Shown: positions 9,101-20,482, numbered from the stretch's first letter. The stretch: 64,000 nucleotides of DNA from Candidatus Omnitrophota bacterium (GCA_015233145.1 JADFYI010000004.1:4821-68820); one strand, 5' to 3'. Notes: generated from the letters alone by a model not told the origin. Translations and numbers: made by a program.

Positions 9101-9927
9101 AACACCAAATGCCCTTTCCCAATATCTTTTAACACAGCTTTATCAGAAATAATAACAGGCCCGCCCGCAACCTTGTAATCAAAAGCGGCTTTTAAAAGCC
9201 TTTCGGTATATGGATGCGCCGGATGGCGGAAAATATCGTCCACAGTTCCATATTCTACAATCCTTCCCTGGTACATAACAGCAATCTTTTGGCTAATCTT
9301 TTTGACTGCGCGCAGGTTATGCGAAATGAAAAGATATGTGAGACTCATCTTTTTTTGAAGTTCCGAAAGCATGAGAAGTATTTTCTTCTGTACCAAAACA
9401 TCAAGGGATGACACAGCCTCATCCAAAACCAGAAGCGATGGGGCGGTCATGAGGGCGCGGGCAATGCTGATGCGCTGGCGTTCACCGCCGGAAAATTCAT
9501 GCGGATAGCGGCTTAAAATATCTTCTGTCAATCCCACAGCTTTAAGAATTTTCATCATACGCCGGCTCTCTTCCGGCAAAGCCATGGGCTTTTCAAGGCA
9601 AAGTGACTCTTTTAACACAGCACGCACCGTAAAACGGGGATCCAGGCTTCCAAAAGGATCCTGAAATACCATACGGACACGGCGATGAAAAAGCTCCCGG
9701 CGGACTTTATCCCTGAAAGGATCACTCCCCTCAAAAACAACCTGCCCCTGGTCTGGCCGGACAAGCCCCATAATAATTTTGGCAAGCGTGGTCTTGCCGC
9801 AGCCGGATTCGCCCACAACGCTCAGATTTTCATTATGGCGAAGGACCAAATCAAGGCCATCGACAGCTTTAATAACACTGCCGTGGTCTTTGTAATATTT
9901 TTTGAGATTTTTAATTTGTAAAAGCAT
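9097..9927 (-). CDS. Opp/Dpp-type peptide ABC transporter ATP-binding protein (OppF/DppF-like)
   Basis: Walker A GESGCGKTT, signature FSGGERQRISIARAL, Walker B LLVLDEAVSSLD, and the C-terminal oligopeptide-ABC extension (HPYT). Confidence 0.85.
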   Translation of the reverse strand: MLLQIKNLKKYYKDHGSVIKAVDGLDLVLRHNENLSVVGESGCGKTTLAKIIMGLVRPDQGQVVFEGSDPFRDKVRRELFHRRVRMVFQDPFGSLDPRFTVRAVLKESLCLEKPMALPEESRRMMKILKAVGLTEDILSRYPHEFSGGERQRISIARALMTAPSLLVLDEAVSSLDVLVQKKILLMLSELQKKMSLTYLFISHNLRAVKKISQKIAVMYQGRIVEYGTVDDIFRHPAHPYTERLLKAAFDYKVAGGPVIISDKAVLKDIGKGHLVL

Positions 9928-9967
9928 ACACCTGCCGCCTTCGGCACACCGCGTAGGAGCCCTTTAC

Positions 9968-9999
9968 AAAAAAAGGCGCTCGGAAGCTCCGCGGTGCGC
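9968..9999 (-). terminator. Terminator/attenuator-like GC hairpin plus U7 in the oppD-oppF spacer
   Basis: Minus strand reads GCGCACCGCGGAGCTTCCGAGCGC followed by CTTTTTTTG. The outer stem is GCGC/GCGC, the inner stem is GGA/TCC, and the pairing is imperfect. Confidence 0.25.
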
Positions 10000-10037
10000 A
10001 AATTGTTTTGAAAAGACAATAAATCCTTTCTTTTGGT

Positions 10038-10820
10038 TTACAAATCCTCTGCTGCCAAGAGTTCCTGAGTATACGCTTCTTTGGGCTGCGTCATAATATT
10101 AGCTACTGCGCCCTTCTCCACAAGCCTGCCCTGGTCTAAAATGACCACCTCATCTGCCAAATGCTTGAGCACACCCAGATCGTGGGTAATCAAAACAATG
10201 GAAAGTTTTAAGTCTGCCTTAAGCCGGGCAAATGTTTCTAAAATTTTCGCCTGGGTTGTAACATCCAGGTTGCTCGTCGGCTCATCCGCGATCAAAAGCA
10301 ATGGGTTACAAGAAAGCGCCTGGGCAATCATGGCGCGCTGGGCAAGCCCCCCGGAGAGCTGATGCGGATAACTTTGCGCCACGCGCTCCGGGTCCGGCAC
10401 TTCGACTAAGGACAATAATTCTTTGGCACGCAAGACCGCCTTAACCAAAGAAACGTCCTCATGCGCTAAAATCGTTTCCATAATTTGTTCGCCGATGGTG
10501 TAGACCGGATCAAAGGCTGACATGGATTCCTGAAAAATCATGGCCATGCGCGAGCCCCGCAGGGAACGCATTTCGTGCGGCTGCAATTTTAAAATATCAC
10601 GGCCTTCGAAAAGGATTTCCCCACCCTCAACCTCCATCGCCGATGGCAAAAGATTTAAGAAACTCATCCCCAGCGTGGTCTTGCCGCTTCCCGAGCCGCC
10701 CACAATACCCAGAACCGAAGACGCACCCAGCGCAAAAGATATATCCTTAAGAATATACCTTGAGGGTTCCTCCCTGAGGCGAATGCTCAAATTTTTAACT
10801 GCAAGAATATTGCCTTTCAT
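10038..10820 (-). CDS. Opp/Dpp-type peptide ABC transporter ATP-binding protein (OppD/DppD-like)
   Basis: Walker A GGSGSGKTT, signature LSGGLAQRAMIAQAL, Walker B LLIADEPTSNLD. Confidence 0.85.
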   Translation of the reverse strand: MKGNILAVKNLSIRLREEPSRYILKDISFALGASSVLGIVGGSGSGKTTLGMSFLNLLPSAMEVEGGEILFEGRDILKLQPHEMRSLRGSRMAMIFQESMSAFDPVYTIGEQIMETILAHEDVSLVKAVLRAKELLSLVEVPDPERVAQSYPHQLSGGLAQRAMIAQALSCNPLLLIADEPTSNLDVTTQAKILETFARLKADLKLSIVLITHDLGVLKHLADEVVILDQGRLVEKGAVANIMTQPKEAYTQELLAAEDL

Positions 10821-11914
10821 GCCGTCTCCTCACTTTTCATCATCGGATCCAAAGCATCGCGCAAGGCATCGCCAACCACGTTAAATGACATAATCGCTAA
10901 AAATATAAAGACCGCTGGCCATAAAATCCACGGAGCAAACCCAATGCGCACAATGCCCATGGCATCCGAAAGCATATTGCCCCAGCTGGCATAAGGGTCC
11001 TGAATGCCAAGCCCGATCAGACTGAGGGCTGATTCCCCGAGAATATACCCTGGAATAGATAGCATCACCGCCGCAATAGAATAAGAAACCGTATGCGGTA
11101 AGATATGCGTCATAATAATCCGCATATCGGAAACGCCCATGGTTTTGGCGGCGAGCACATAATCACGTTCCCGCAAAGACAGGCACATTCCCCGAATGAC
11201 GCGCGCCAGGCCTGCCCAGCCGATAAAAGAAAGAATGATCACAACCGCAAAATAGACTTGAAGCGAGGTCAAGTTGTCCGGCACTGCCGCACGCAAAGCC
11301 AGGAGCAAATAAAACCCTGGCACCATCATGACCATTTCCGAAAGCCGCATAAGAACACTATCCACCTTGCCGCCAAAATACCCGGAAATCCCTCCGACAA
11401 TAAGCCCAATGCCGAAAGAAATGCAAACGCCCAACAGGCCTATGGTTAAAGACACGCGTGCACCGTATAAAATACGCGAAAAAATATCACGGCCGCGCGA
11501 GTCTGCGCCCATCAGATAAATCCTTGCCGGAGCTTCAACCGTGAAAAGCTTCATGCCCCAGGGGACAATACCTAAAAACCTGTCGCTATTCCCCTGAGAG
11601 AAAAACTTTAAGGGGTATGCTTTCGTCTCATCCACTTTATAGACACGCTGGTGAAAATCATCAAACACAAAAGTCGTTGAATATATAAAAGGACGCGTTA
11701 ATTTCCCCCCGCGCATGAGGTGAATCGCTGTGGGCGGGCAATACGAATGGCCGCGCGATTCGTCTTTAAAAGAATACGGCGCAAGGATGTCCGCAAAAAA
11801 CGCCATAGCATAAAGCCCTGCGATGATCCACAGGCAAACAACAGCAAAACGATTCCTTGAAAACTGAGAGCCGACCATCTGCATTTCCGTCATGGGCAAA
11901 TTATTTTTTGTCAT
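10817..11914 (-). CDS. Opp/Dpp-type ABC transporter permease (OppC/DppC-like)
   Basis: BPD-transporter EAA-type loop (AAKTMGVSDMRIIMTHILP) and 6 TM segments. Start trimmed to ATG 11914, with GAGGA 6 nt upstream. Confidence 0.85.
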   Translation of the reverse strand: MTKNNLPMTEMQMVGSQFSRNRFAVVCLWIIAGLYAMAFFADILAPYSFKDESRGHSYCPPTAIHLMRGGKLTRPFIYSTTFVFDDFHQRVYKVDETKAYPLKFFSQGNSDRFLGIVPWGMKLFTVEAPARIYLMGADSRGRDIFSRILYGARVSLTIGLLGVCISFGIGLIVGGISGYFGGKVDSVLMRLSEMVMMVPGFYLLLALRAAVPDNLTSLQVYFAVVIILSFIGWAGLARVIRGMCLSLRERDYVLAAKTMGVSDMRIIMTHILPHTVSYSIAAVMLSIPGYILGESALSLIGLGIQDPYASWGNMLSDAMGIVRIGFAPWILWPAVFIFLAIMSFNVVGDALRDALDPMMKSEETA

Positions 11915-12872
11915 AACGTATCCTCGGATCAGCCTTGGCCAGCGCGATATCCGCAAGCAGATTTCCTATGAGAAAAAGCACCCCGCCCATCATCATACTC
12001 GCCATCACAAGGTAAATATCCTTGGCCCTGACAGCCGTGAGCATTAAAGACCCCAAGCCCGGCCAGCTTGTAATAATTTCCATGATTGCAGCCCCGCTTA
12101 AAAGCCCGGCTAATTCATAACCCAAAAGCGTGATCAAAGGATTAAGGGCATTTTTAAGGGCATGGCGGTAAATCACTTTATTTTCCGGCAATCCCCTGGC
12201 TCTCGCCGCGGCAATATACTGTTTTCCTAAAACCTCCAGCAGGTTGCCGCGCATAATTTTCTGCAGCCCCGCAATCGACGCTAAAGACAACGCTGTGGCA
12301 GGAATCACCAGGTGCTTCAACAGGTCCATCGCCTTTCCCAAAACACTCATGTCATCAAAATCAGGGCTTTCCATTCCGCCCAGGGGCAAAACCCCTGTCC
12401 GGCTGGCCCAGAACAAAAGAACCATGGCCACAAAAAACCCGGGCAGGGACAAAAAGATATACGACAAAAACTGCGCGGCCCTGTCAACCCCGCGATTACG
12501 GTTCAATGCCGCCCAAATCCCCAAAGGAATGGCCAGAAGCCATGTTAAAAGAAAAGCCGCTAAAGAAAGAATGAACGTGTTTCCCAGGCGCGAGCCGATA
12601 ATTTTTGTGACCGGAATATTATAATAAAAAGAAAACCCTAGCTCTCCGTGCAAAAGCCCGCCCAGCCAGGAAAAATACTGAACAACCGGCGGCTTATTGA
12701 GCTGATAAAGCTTTTCGTAATGGTCGAGGGTGTCTTTGGAAATCTGAGGGTCCAGGCGCATAGTGTCCAAATAATTCCCAGGCGTCAGGCGCATGAGCAT
12801 AAAGGTAATAAAGCTCATGGCCAGAAGAAGAAGAATCGCGATCAGTAAACGTTTTAAAATAAATCGAATCAT
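11901..12872 (-). CDS. Opp/Dpp-type ABC transporter permease (OppB/DppB-like)
   Basis: MIRFILKRLLIAILLLLAMSFITFMLMRLTPGN is the canonical OppB/DppB N-terminus. EAA loop: YIAAARARGLPENKVIYRHALKNAL. Confidence 0.85.
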   Translation of the reverse strand: MIRFILKRLLIAILLLLAMSFITFMLMRLTPGNYLDTMRLDPQISKDTLDHYEKLYQLNKPPVVQYFSWLGGLLHGELGFSFYYNIPVTKIIGSRLGNTFILSLAAFLLTWLLAIPLGIWAALNRNRGVDRAAQFLSYIFLSLPGFFVAMVLLFWASRTGVLPLGGMESPDFDDMSVLGKAMDLLKHLVIPATALSLASIAGLQKIMRGNLLEVLGKQYIAAARARGLPENKVIYRHALKNALNPLITLLGYELAGLLSGAAIMEIITSWPGLGSLMLTAVRAKDIYLVMASMMMGGVLFLIGNLLADIALAKADPRIRYDKK

Positions 12873-12903
12873 AAAAACTTGCCAACTCCCCGCTTAAGGC
12901 GGC

Positions 12904-12949
12904 AACCGCGTCGGTTAACAACGGAAACGCCCCTTAAACCGACGCGGTT
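12904..12949 (-). promoter_or_regulatory. Intercistronic stem-loop (13-bp perfect inverted repeat) between the binding-protein gene and the first permease gene
   Basis: AACCGCGTCGGTT (12904-12916) and AACCGACGCGGTT (12937-12949) are exact reverse complements separated by 20 nt. The element starts 3 nt after the binding-protein stop codon, and no U-tract follows it. Confidence 0.5.
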
Positions 12950-12951
12950 TC

Positions 12952-14694
12952 TTATCTTTGTTGAATATAAATCTCTTCCAAATTATGGAAAACGCCGCCG
13001 TAAGGCGCGGGCTTCAGGTTCCCGAACCTGTTTCTGACCGCAGTCAAACGGGCGCCCAGCGCCGTATAAGCCAACGGCACTTCTTCGGCAATGATCTTTT
13101 GATACTCGTCGTAATAAGCCTTGCGTTTTGTTTCATCCATTTCCTGCACGCCCTGGGCAAAAATTTCATCAATCTTTTTTTCCCACTCTGTGGCCGGTGT
13201 CTTTTGCTGAGGATTCCACATGTGAAGCTGTCCTGAAGACAACCACACGTTCTGGCCAAAATGGGGATCAATCGACCCTGTTAACCCTAAAACAATGAGC
13301 TCCCAGTCATAAGTGGAAGTTAATTTCCCGACAAGGGTGTTAAATTCCACCAGCTGCAAATTGACTTTCATTCCCAGACTCTCAAGATCATTGCGGATGA
13401 TAGAGGCAATATCAACGCGTTCAGTATTATCTGCGTTGGTATAAAAATTAAACTCCACCGCGTGGCCGTCCTTATCTTTTAAAACACCGGAAGAGTCTCT
13501 GGAAAAACCCGCCTCCTCAAGGAGTGCACGCGCTTTATTCAAATCATAGTCGTATTTTTTGACATCCGGGCAGTAAAAAAAACCGACAGACGGGCTTTCC
13601 GGTGAATACTGCTCATACCCCAATCCGTTTTTGACAATCTCGATAATCCTTTTTTTATCAACGGCGTGCGCCACGGCCTGGCGAAACCTTACATCACGAA
13701 ACCACGCCAGCTTATAGGACACGACAAAAGGCTTTCCAGTCTTGGCATTGACACCCGGGTTCTGGTTAAAAACCACAAAGCTCGCCCCCATATCAGGGCC
13801 CATATTATAAATTTTGAAATCGCCTTTTTGTTCTCTCGGCTTTAACAAAGGATAATCCATGCCGCGCAAGCTGTAGGCATCAATGGATCCCTCCATAAAT
13901 TTCAAAAGCTCCACATCAAGGCTGGGAACGATTAAATAAACTAATTTGGAAATATACGGCAGACGCTCCCCCTCGGGTGAACGCTTCCAATAATAAGGAT
14001 TCGGCTCATAGATCAGGCGCTGGCCCGGACGGTATTCCTTCAAACGGTAAGGCCCTGTACCAACAAGCTCTTTAACCGGGGTGTCAATGCCCCAGGTAAA
14101 CGCAAATTTTCCAGCCTTGACCGATGCCTGAAGCGCGTGCTGAGGCAAAATTTCCACCCCCAGGCTTCGTAAAAACGGCGCAAATCTGACCGGCAAAATA
14201 AATTTGACGGTCAAATCATCAACTTTCTCAACCCTCAAAGGCTTTCCTGCGATTGTAAAGATATCCCGTGAAGAATTGGGCACCGCGTCATTAAAAATGA
14301 GGTCATTAAAAGTAAAAATCACATCATCCGCCGTCAACGGAACGCCGTCTGACCAAAAAAGGTTTTTCCTGAGATATACGGTCCAGATAAGGCCCTGGGC
14401 ATCTGACTCCCAGCGCTCCGCAAGATTGGGCTTCACGCGCAGGTCAAAAGGGTCGGTCATGGTAAGCCCCTCAAACATGGGGGCCAGGATGGTTGTGGTC
14501 GAGGTTTCTTTGGCAAGGACAGGATTAAATGACTTGGGGTCCGAAGTTGTGGTCAGAACCAACTCCCCGCCATATTTATTTTCTGCCATCACCGGGGAAA
14601 AAGGCAATAAAGTATAAAGGCACAACAGAAAAAAAACTGTCGTGCCTTTAGGATTAATCCGTTTGTTTTTTAAAAAGCCCCGTAAAATATTCAA
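12952..14694 (-). CDS. ABC transporter substrate-binding protein, family 5 (OppA/DppA-like)
   Basis: 580 aa with an N-terminal signal peptide (TTVFFLLCLYTLLPFSPVMA). Family-5 SBP patterns are present (GGELVLTTTSDPKSFNP, WSDGVPLTADDVIFTF). It sits at the head of the permease/ATPase genes. Confidence 0.85.
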   Translation of the reverse strand: MNILRGFLKNKRINPKGTTVFFLLCLYTLLPFSPVMAENKYGGELVLTTTSDPKSFNPVLAKETSTTTILAPMFEGLTMTDPFDLRVKPNLAERWESDAQGLIWTVYLRKNLFWSDGVPLTADDVIFTFNDLIFNDAVPNSSRDIFTIAGKPLRVEKVDDLTVKFILPVRFAPFLRSLGVEILPQHALQASVKAGKFAFTWGIDTPVKELVGTGPYRLKEYRPGQRLIYEPNPYYWKRSPEGERLPYISKLVYLIVPSLDVELLKFMEGSIDAYSLRGMDYPLLKPREQKGDFKIYNMGPDMGASFVVFNQNPGVNAKTGKPFVVSYKLAWFRDVRFRQAVAHAVDKKRIIEIVKNGLGYEQYSPESPSVGFFYCPDVKKYDYDLNKARALLEEAGFSRDSSGVLKDKDGHAVEFNFYTNADNTERVDIASIIRNDLESLGMKVNLQLVEFNTLVGKLTSTYDWELIVLGLTGSIDPHFGQNVWLSSGQLHMWNPQQKTPATEWEKKIDEIFAQGVQEMDETKRKAYYDEYQKIIAEEVPLAYTALGARLTAVRNRFGNLKPAPYGGVFHNLEEIYIQQR

Positions 14695-14724
14695 AGGGCG
14701 AACCTCTTACAATATTATCCCGAA

Positions 14725-15117
14725 TTACTTTTTCGGGGCTGCCGGCTTTTCCGCAGGAGAAGTTTTCGGAGCCGCGGCAGGCGCCATCGCATTGATTTCA
14801 ATTGTCTGGGCCGGTTTTTGGTCAAACAGTTTTTCCACATTCACAACCGTGGAATGCCTTCTATCCGGGAAATCCGCCATCAAAGACTGCTGTTTGCGTG
14901 AATTAATATAAGCAAACACCAGGCAAAACCCCAGAAAAAGCACGGCTAAAACAGTGGTGAGCTTGACCATAAACTTATTAGTCTGCGTTCCACCCAGGAT
15001 ATTCTCAGCGGAACTGAAGGCCTCGGCCAGGCCGCCGCCTTTCCCCGCCTGCATCAAAATAGCCGTCAGAAGAAAAATACAGATAATAATGTAGATAAAG
15101 AAAAGAAAACCTGTCAC
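14725..15117 (-). CDS. secG: Preprotein translocase subunit SecG, with an Ala/Pro/Lys-rich C-terminal tail
   Basis: LLTAILMQAGKGGGLAEAFSS...GGTQTNKFMVKLTTVLAVLFLGFCLVFAYI is the SecG two-TM signature. Its position after tpiA is conserved. The tail reads APAAAPKTSPAEKPAAPKK. Confidence 0.8.
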   Translation of the reverse strand: MTGFLFFIYIIICIFLLTAILMQAGKGGGLAEAFSSAENILGGTQTNKFMVKLTTVLAVLFLGFCLVFAYINSRKQQSLMADFPDRRHSTVVNVEKLFDQKPAQTIEINAMAPAAAPKTSPAEKPAAPKK

Positions 15118-15133
15118 AGAGACTCCTTTGAAA

Positions 15134-15895
15134 TTATTTCTTAATAGAATTTTTTACAATCGCGGCAAAAGAATCAACCTTTAAACTCGCTCCGCCGACC
15201 AATGCGCCGTCAATATCCGGCTGAAACATAAGGTCAGCCGTATTTTCAGGCTTAACGCTTCCGCCATACTGAATGCGCACGCCATCAGCAACAGCGCCGC
15301 CGAACATTTTGGTTAGTGTTTCACGGATAAACTTATGCACTTCCTGGGCCTGGGCGCTTGTAGCGGTCTTTCCTGTGCCGATCGCCCAAACAGGTTCATA
15401 AGCAACCACAACTTTTCCCATATCCTCCGGACTGAGCCCGGCCAAAGATCCCGTGATATGGTCTTTCACCACATCAAAGGTTTTTCCGCCTTCGCGTTCA
15501 GCCAGGTTTTCGCCCACGCACACAATAGGCAGAAGCCCTGCCTTAAGGGCGGATTTGAGGCGCTTGTTAACAGTATCATTGGTCTCATGGAAATACTGCC
15601 GGCGTTCCGAGTGGCCGATAATAACATATTCAACCCCCACGGCTTTGAGCATCGGGGCAGAAACCTCACCGGTAAAGGCTCCCTCATTCTCCCAAAACAG
15701 ATTCTGGGCGCCAAGCTTGATATTGTTGTCCACCAGCATGTCTGCCACGACCGCAAGATTAACAAAGGTGGGACAAACAACCACGTCAACCGCGGTAATA
15801 TCAGAGACTTCTCTTTTAAGACCGTTCACAAGCTCGACCGCTTCGTTCACGGTTTTAAACATCTTCCAGTTGCCGGCAATAATTTTTTTTCTCAT
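15134..15895 (-). CDS. tpiA: Triosephosphate isomerase
   Basis: [15 protein letters not shown]..., [24 protein letters not shown]. Start trimmed to ATG 15895 (GAAGGAA upstream), just after the pgk stop. Confidence 0.95.
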   Translation of the reverse strand: MRKKIIAGNWKMFKTVNEAVELVNGLKREVSDITAVDVVVCPTFVNLAVVADMLVDNNIKLGAQNLFWENEGAFTGEVSAPMLKAVGVEYVIIGHSERRQYFHETNDTVNKRLKSALKAGLLPIVCVGENLAEREGGKTFDVVKDHITGSLAGLSPEDMGKVVVAYEPVWAIGTGKTATSAQAQEVHKFIRETLTKMFGGAVADGVRIQYGGSVKPENTADLMFQPDIDGALVGGASLKVDSFAAIVKNSIKK

Positions 15896-15912
15896 TTTTT
15901 CTATTCCTTCAT

Positions 15913-17130
15913 CTATCTGCAACCGCAACCGCAGCCGCCACTCGATTTTTTATCATTCAACGCCACGACCCCCGGGAGTTCCTTGCCTTCTAAAAACTCC
16001 AGCGAGGCCCCGCCGCCGGTTGAAATATGCGTCATTTTATCATCCAACCCGAACTTGGAAACCGCGGCCGCAGAATCGCCTCCGCCAATAATCGTTTTGA
16101 CACCTTTACCTGTAAGGCCCGCCAGGTAAACGGCAATGTCTTTGGTCCCCACCTCAAAAGCATCGCGTTCAAAAACTCCGAGCGGCCCGTTCCACACCAC
16201 GGTCCTGGCCGTGGAAAGGATTTCCTTAAACCTGGCACGCGTCTTCGGGCCAATATCCAAGGCCTGAAAGCCATCCGGAATAACATCGCTGATTTTGGCA
16301 TCATTGGATTCAAAATTCGGGACAATCACAAAATCCTGGGACAATTCAATGCGAACACCTGCCTTTTTTGCTTTCTCTAATAATTCTCCGGCAAGACCGA
16401 TTTTATCTTTTTCAAGCTTGGAATCCCCGATATTAATGCCCTGGGATTTAAGAAAAGTATACGCCATTCCGCCGCCAATAAGGATCGCATCGGCTTTCTT
16501 TAAAAGATTTTCAATAAGTAAAATTTTATCCGAAACCTTGGCCCCGCCCAAAATAACAACAAAAGGACGCTCAGGATTATTCACAGCCTGACCCAGGTAT
16601 TGTAATTCTTTCTCAATCAAAAAGCCGCTCACCGCAGGAAGATACGCAGCAATGCCCGCAGTTGAGGCATGGGCACGATGCGCGGTTCCAAAGGCATCAT
16701 TGACATAAATATCAGCGAGAGACGCCAGTTCTTTGGCAAAAGCAGGGTCATTCTTTTCTTCAGCCTTATGGAAACGTAAATTCTCAAGCAGGATCACCTT
16801 CTCAGATGCGCCAAGAACGCCGGCCTTAACCGTATCGCCCACGCAATCATTGAGAAGCTTCACCGGCTGGCCTAAAAGCTCTCCCAGACGTTTGGCCACC
16901 GGAGCAAGCGAAAAAGCCGCTTCAAAGCCTTTTCCACTCGGACGGCCCAAATGACTCATCAAAATGACTTTAGCGGCTCCGCTTTCAAGAACATACTTGA
17001 TCGTTGGCAAAGCAGCGCGGATACGGATGTCATCCGTAATCTTATCGCCCTCGAGCGGAACATTAAAGTCAGCGCGAATGATGACTTTTTTATTCTTTAA
17101 GTCAATATCACGAACAGTCATTTTACCCAT
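15913..17130 (-). CDS. pgk: Phosphoglycerate kinase, with an unusual [11 protein letters not shown]-terminal tail
   Basis: [26 protein letters not shown] and [20 protein letters not shown] motifs. Start trimmed to ATG 17130, with GGAGG 6 nt upstream. Confidence 0.95.
   Translation of the reverse strand: MGKMTVRDIDLKNKKVIIRADFNVPLEGDKITDDIRIRAALPTIKYVLESGAAKVILMSHLGRPSGKGFEAAFSLAPVAKRLGELLGQPVKLLNDCVGDTVKAGVLGASEKVILLENLRFHKAEEKNDPAFAKELASLADIYVNDAFGTAHRAHASTAGIAAYLPAVSGFLIEKELQYLGQAVNNPERPFVVILGGAKVSDKILLIENLLKKADAILIGGGMAYTFLKSQGINIGDSKLEKDKIGLAGELLEKAKKAGVRIELSQDFVIVPNFESNDAKISDVIPDGFQALDIGPKTRARFKEILSTARTVVWNGPLGVFERDAFEVGTKDIAVYLAGLTGKGVKTIIGGGDSAAAVSKFGLDDKMTHISTGGGASLEFLEGKELPGVVALNDKKSSGGCGCGCR
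15919..15936 (-). repeat. Short tandem hexanucleotide repeat encoding the (Cys-Gly)3 tail of Pgk
   Basis: Plus strand reads GCAACC GCAACC GCAGCC. Minus strand reads GGC TGC GGT TGC GGT TGC, giving GCGCGC. Confidence 0.6.
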
Positions 17131-17174
17131 GAGAACCTCCAAAGATTTGAATTTCAGGCACAAAATTTGTATGT

Positions 17175-17202
17175 ATTATATATAGGGAAGACGGTTTGTC
17201 AA
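17175..17202 (-). promoter_or_regulatory. Near-consensus sigma70-type promoter for pgk-tpiA-secG
   Basis: Minus strand reads TTGACA (17202-17197), 16-nt spacer, TATAAT (17180-17175). It lies ~45 nt upstream of the pgk ATG, and the -35 box overlaps the stop codon of the upstream ligase-like gene. Confidence 0.55.
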
Positions 17203-18488
17203 TGCTCTAGGACGTCTTGCCTGAATGTCCCCATCAAGCCCATCATGAGCCACATGAGAACACTCAACTGCACAGAATAAAATGTGGTGTCTAAAGCGCT
17301 TTCCACAAGAAGCCCTGCCATTCCTGCCATCAAACAAGCCAAAATCCTTTGATCCCTCAATCCTTTAAGCCCAACAAAATTCCGGTAAACTGCTGTAAAA
17401 AAAGCCGCAATAAAACACAAAAAAGACACAAGACCAACAATCCCAAGTTCAGCAGCCGTCTGAAGGTAACAATTATGCGCATAGTTTTGATTCTGCTGCA
17501 CATACGTCTTAATGACATCAGTATAAGTATTAAGCCCTGTTCCCCATAAAGGATGGTCACAGATAATTCTCCAGGCATCCTTCCAATACTGGATCCGTCC
17601 ATCCCCTCCTATCGTGGAAAAAGAACTATGCTGAGTAGAAGAGGTGTCATTAATCAGTGTCATATCCCGGTGATGTGCCAAGAGCGGATGAAAAATTGCC
17701 AAAAATCCGATTGTTAAAACCAATACCGGCAACCATGCCCGCCTCTTTAAAACGACAAAAACTACCGCTGCGCACAACAACCCTACCCATGCTCCGCGAG
17801 AAAAAGTAAGCCCCATGACAGCGAGGATAATACTGGAAGCAACCGCGGCTAAAAAGTATTTAAAAAGTTTTTCGCGTGTCGTTTTCCCTTTTTCGCTCAC
17901 CCAGTTAAAACAAACCACTAACACGCAGGGGATGGCCAGAATCAAATACGCTCCCAAATCATTGGGATGATTCAAAGACGCGTTCACACGGCCGTCGCCC
18001 AGCACAACATGCCTAAAAACATCATGCCCCATTATTCTTTGCCAAAGACCATCCAGGCATAGAATAAAAGCTGAAACCAAAAAACAAGACAAAAACCACA
18101 TCTTACGTTTCGGCGTTGTGACGCTTTCCTGAACCGCTAAAAACACTATGACGACTTTCAATGTTTTTCCAAAAAACGCTTTTACGCTTAACGACGGCAC
18201 AACACTCCAGAAAATGGAAAGGAAACAAACAGCCACAAATGCCATCAAAGTCCAAAATACCCTGGACGGAAAATACCCCGGAAGCACCAAAGCGCTAACC
18301 GCCTTTTTCCAGCGTAACGGCCCGCACGCACTTTGCCAGGCCTTCTGAAAAACAAAAACCTTCTTTAAAAGGAAAAAAAGAATGGCCAGGGCTGAAAAAA
18401 TCGAGACGCCGGCAATTGTTGCCGGAAGGACAAAAATCAGCAAACAAAGCGAGACAAAAATAAACCTGTCAAAATAACGCTCAGCCAT
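17199..18488 (-). CDS. O-antigen ligase/polymerase family (Wzy_C-type) membrane protein
   Basis: About 10-12 TM segments. Motifs: LTFSRGAWVGLL, and YAHNCYLQTAAELGIVGLVSF (the HN...E.G..G motif typical of WaaL/Wzy_C proteins). Confidence 0.7.
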   Translation of the reverse strand: MAERYFDRFIFVSLCLLIFVLPATIAGVSIFSALAILFFLLKKVFVFQKAWQSACGPLRWKKAVSALVLPGYFPSRVFWTLMAFVAVCFLSIFWSVVPSLSVKAFFGKTLKVVIVFLAVQESVTTPKRKMWFLSCFLVSAFILCLDGLWQRIMGHDVFRHVVLGDGRVNASLNHPNDLGAYLILAIPCVLVVCFNWVSEKGKTTREKLFKYFLAAVASSIILAVMGLTFSRGAWVGLLCAAVVFVVLKRRAWLPVLVLTIGFLAIFHPLLAHHRDMTLINDTSSTQHSSFSTIGGDGRIQYWKDAWRIICDHPLWGTGLNTYTDVIKTYVQQNQNYAHNCYLQTAAELGIVGLVSFLCFIAAFFTAVYRNFVGLKGLRDQRILACLMAGMAGLLVESALDTTFYSVQLSVLMWLMMGLMGTFRQDVLEH

Positions 18489-18497
18489 AGTTTTTAC

Positions 18498-20467
<1,970 letters not shown>

Positions 20468-20482
20468 TCTACACCACCCTTT

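Noticed and set aside
9822-10019. 65-aa minus-strand ORF covering the oppD-oppF spacer
   Set aside because: It has no ATG within the spacer, runs out of frame into the 5' end of the OppF-like gene, and has no motif. The spacer is better explained as structured non-coding RNA.
12694-12921. 75-aa minus-strand ORF spanning the binding-protein/permease spacer
   Set aside because: It overlaps the well-supported OppB-like N-terminus in another frame and covers the inverted repeat. It has no Shine-Dalgarno sequence and no motifs.
10038-14694. Possibility that the peptide ABC importer belongs to a RiPP or peptide-signalling system together with the rSAM/SPASM cassette
   Set aside because: The transporter is a standard five-component Opp/Dpp nutrient-type importer with a family-5 binding protein. 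It is separated from the cassette by the TPR protein and glgC, and nothing in the sequence links them.
15335-16129. 264-aa and 212-aa plus-strand ORFs
   Set aside because: They lie antisense to tpiA and pgk, which have textbook motifs. The translations have no recognisable features.
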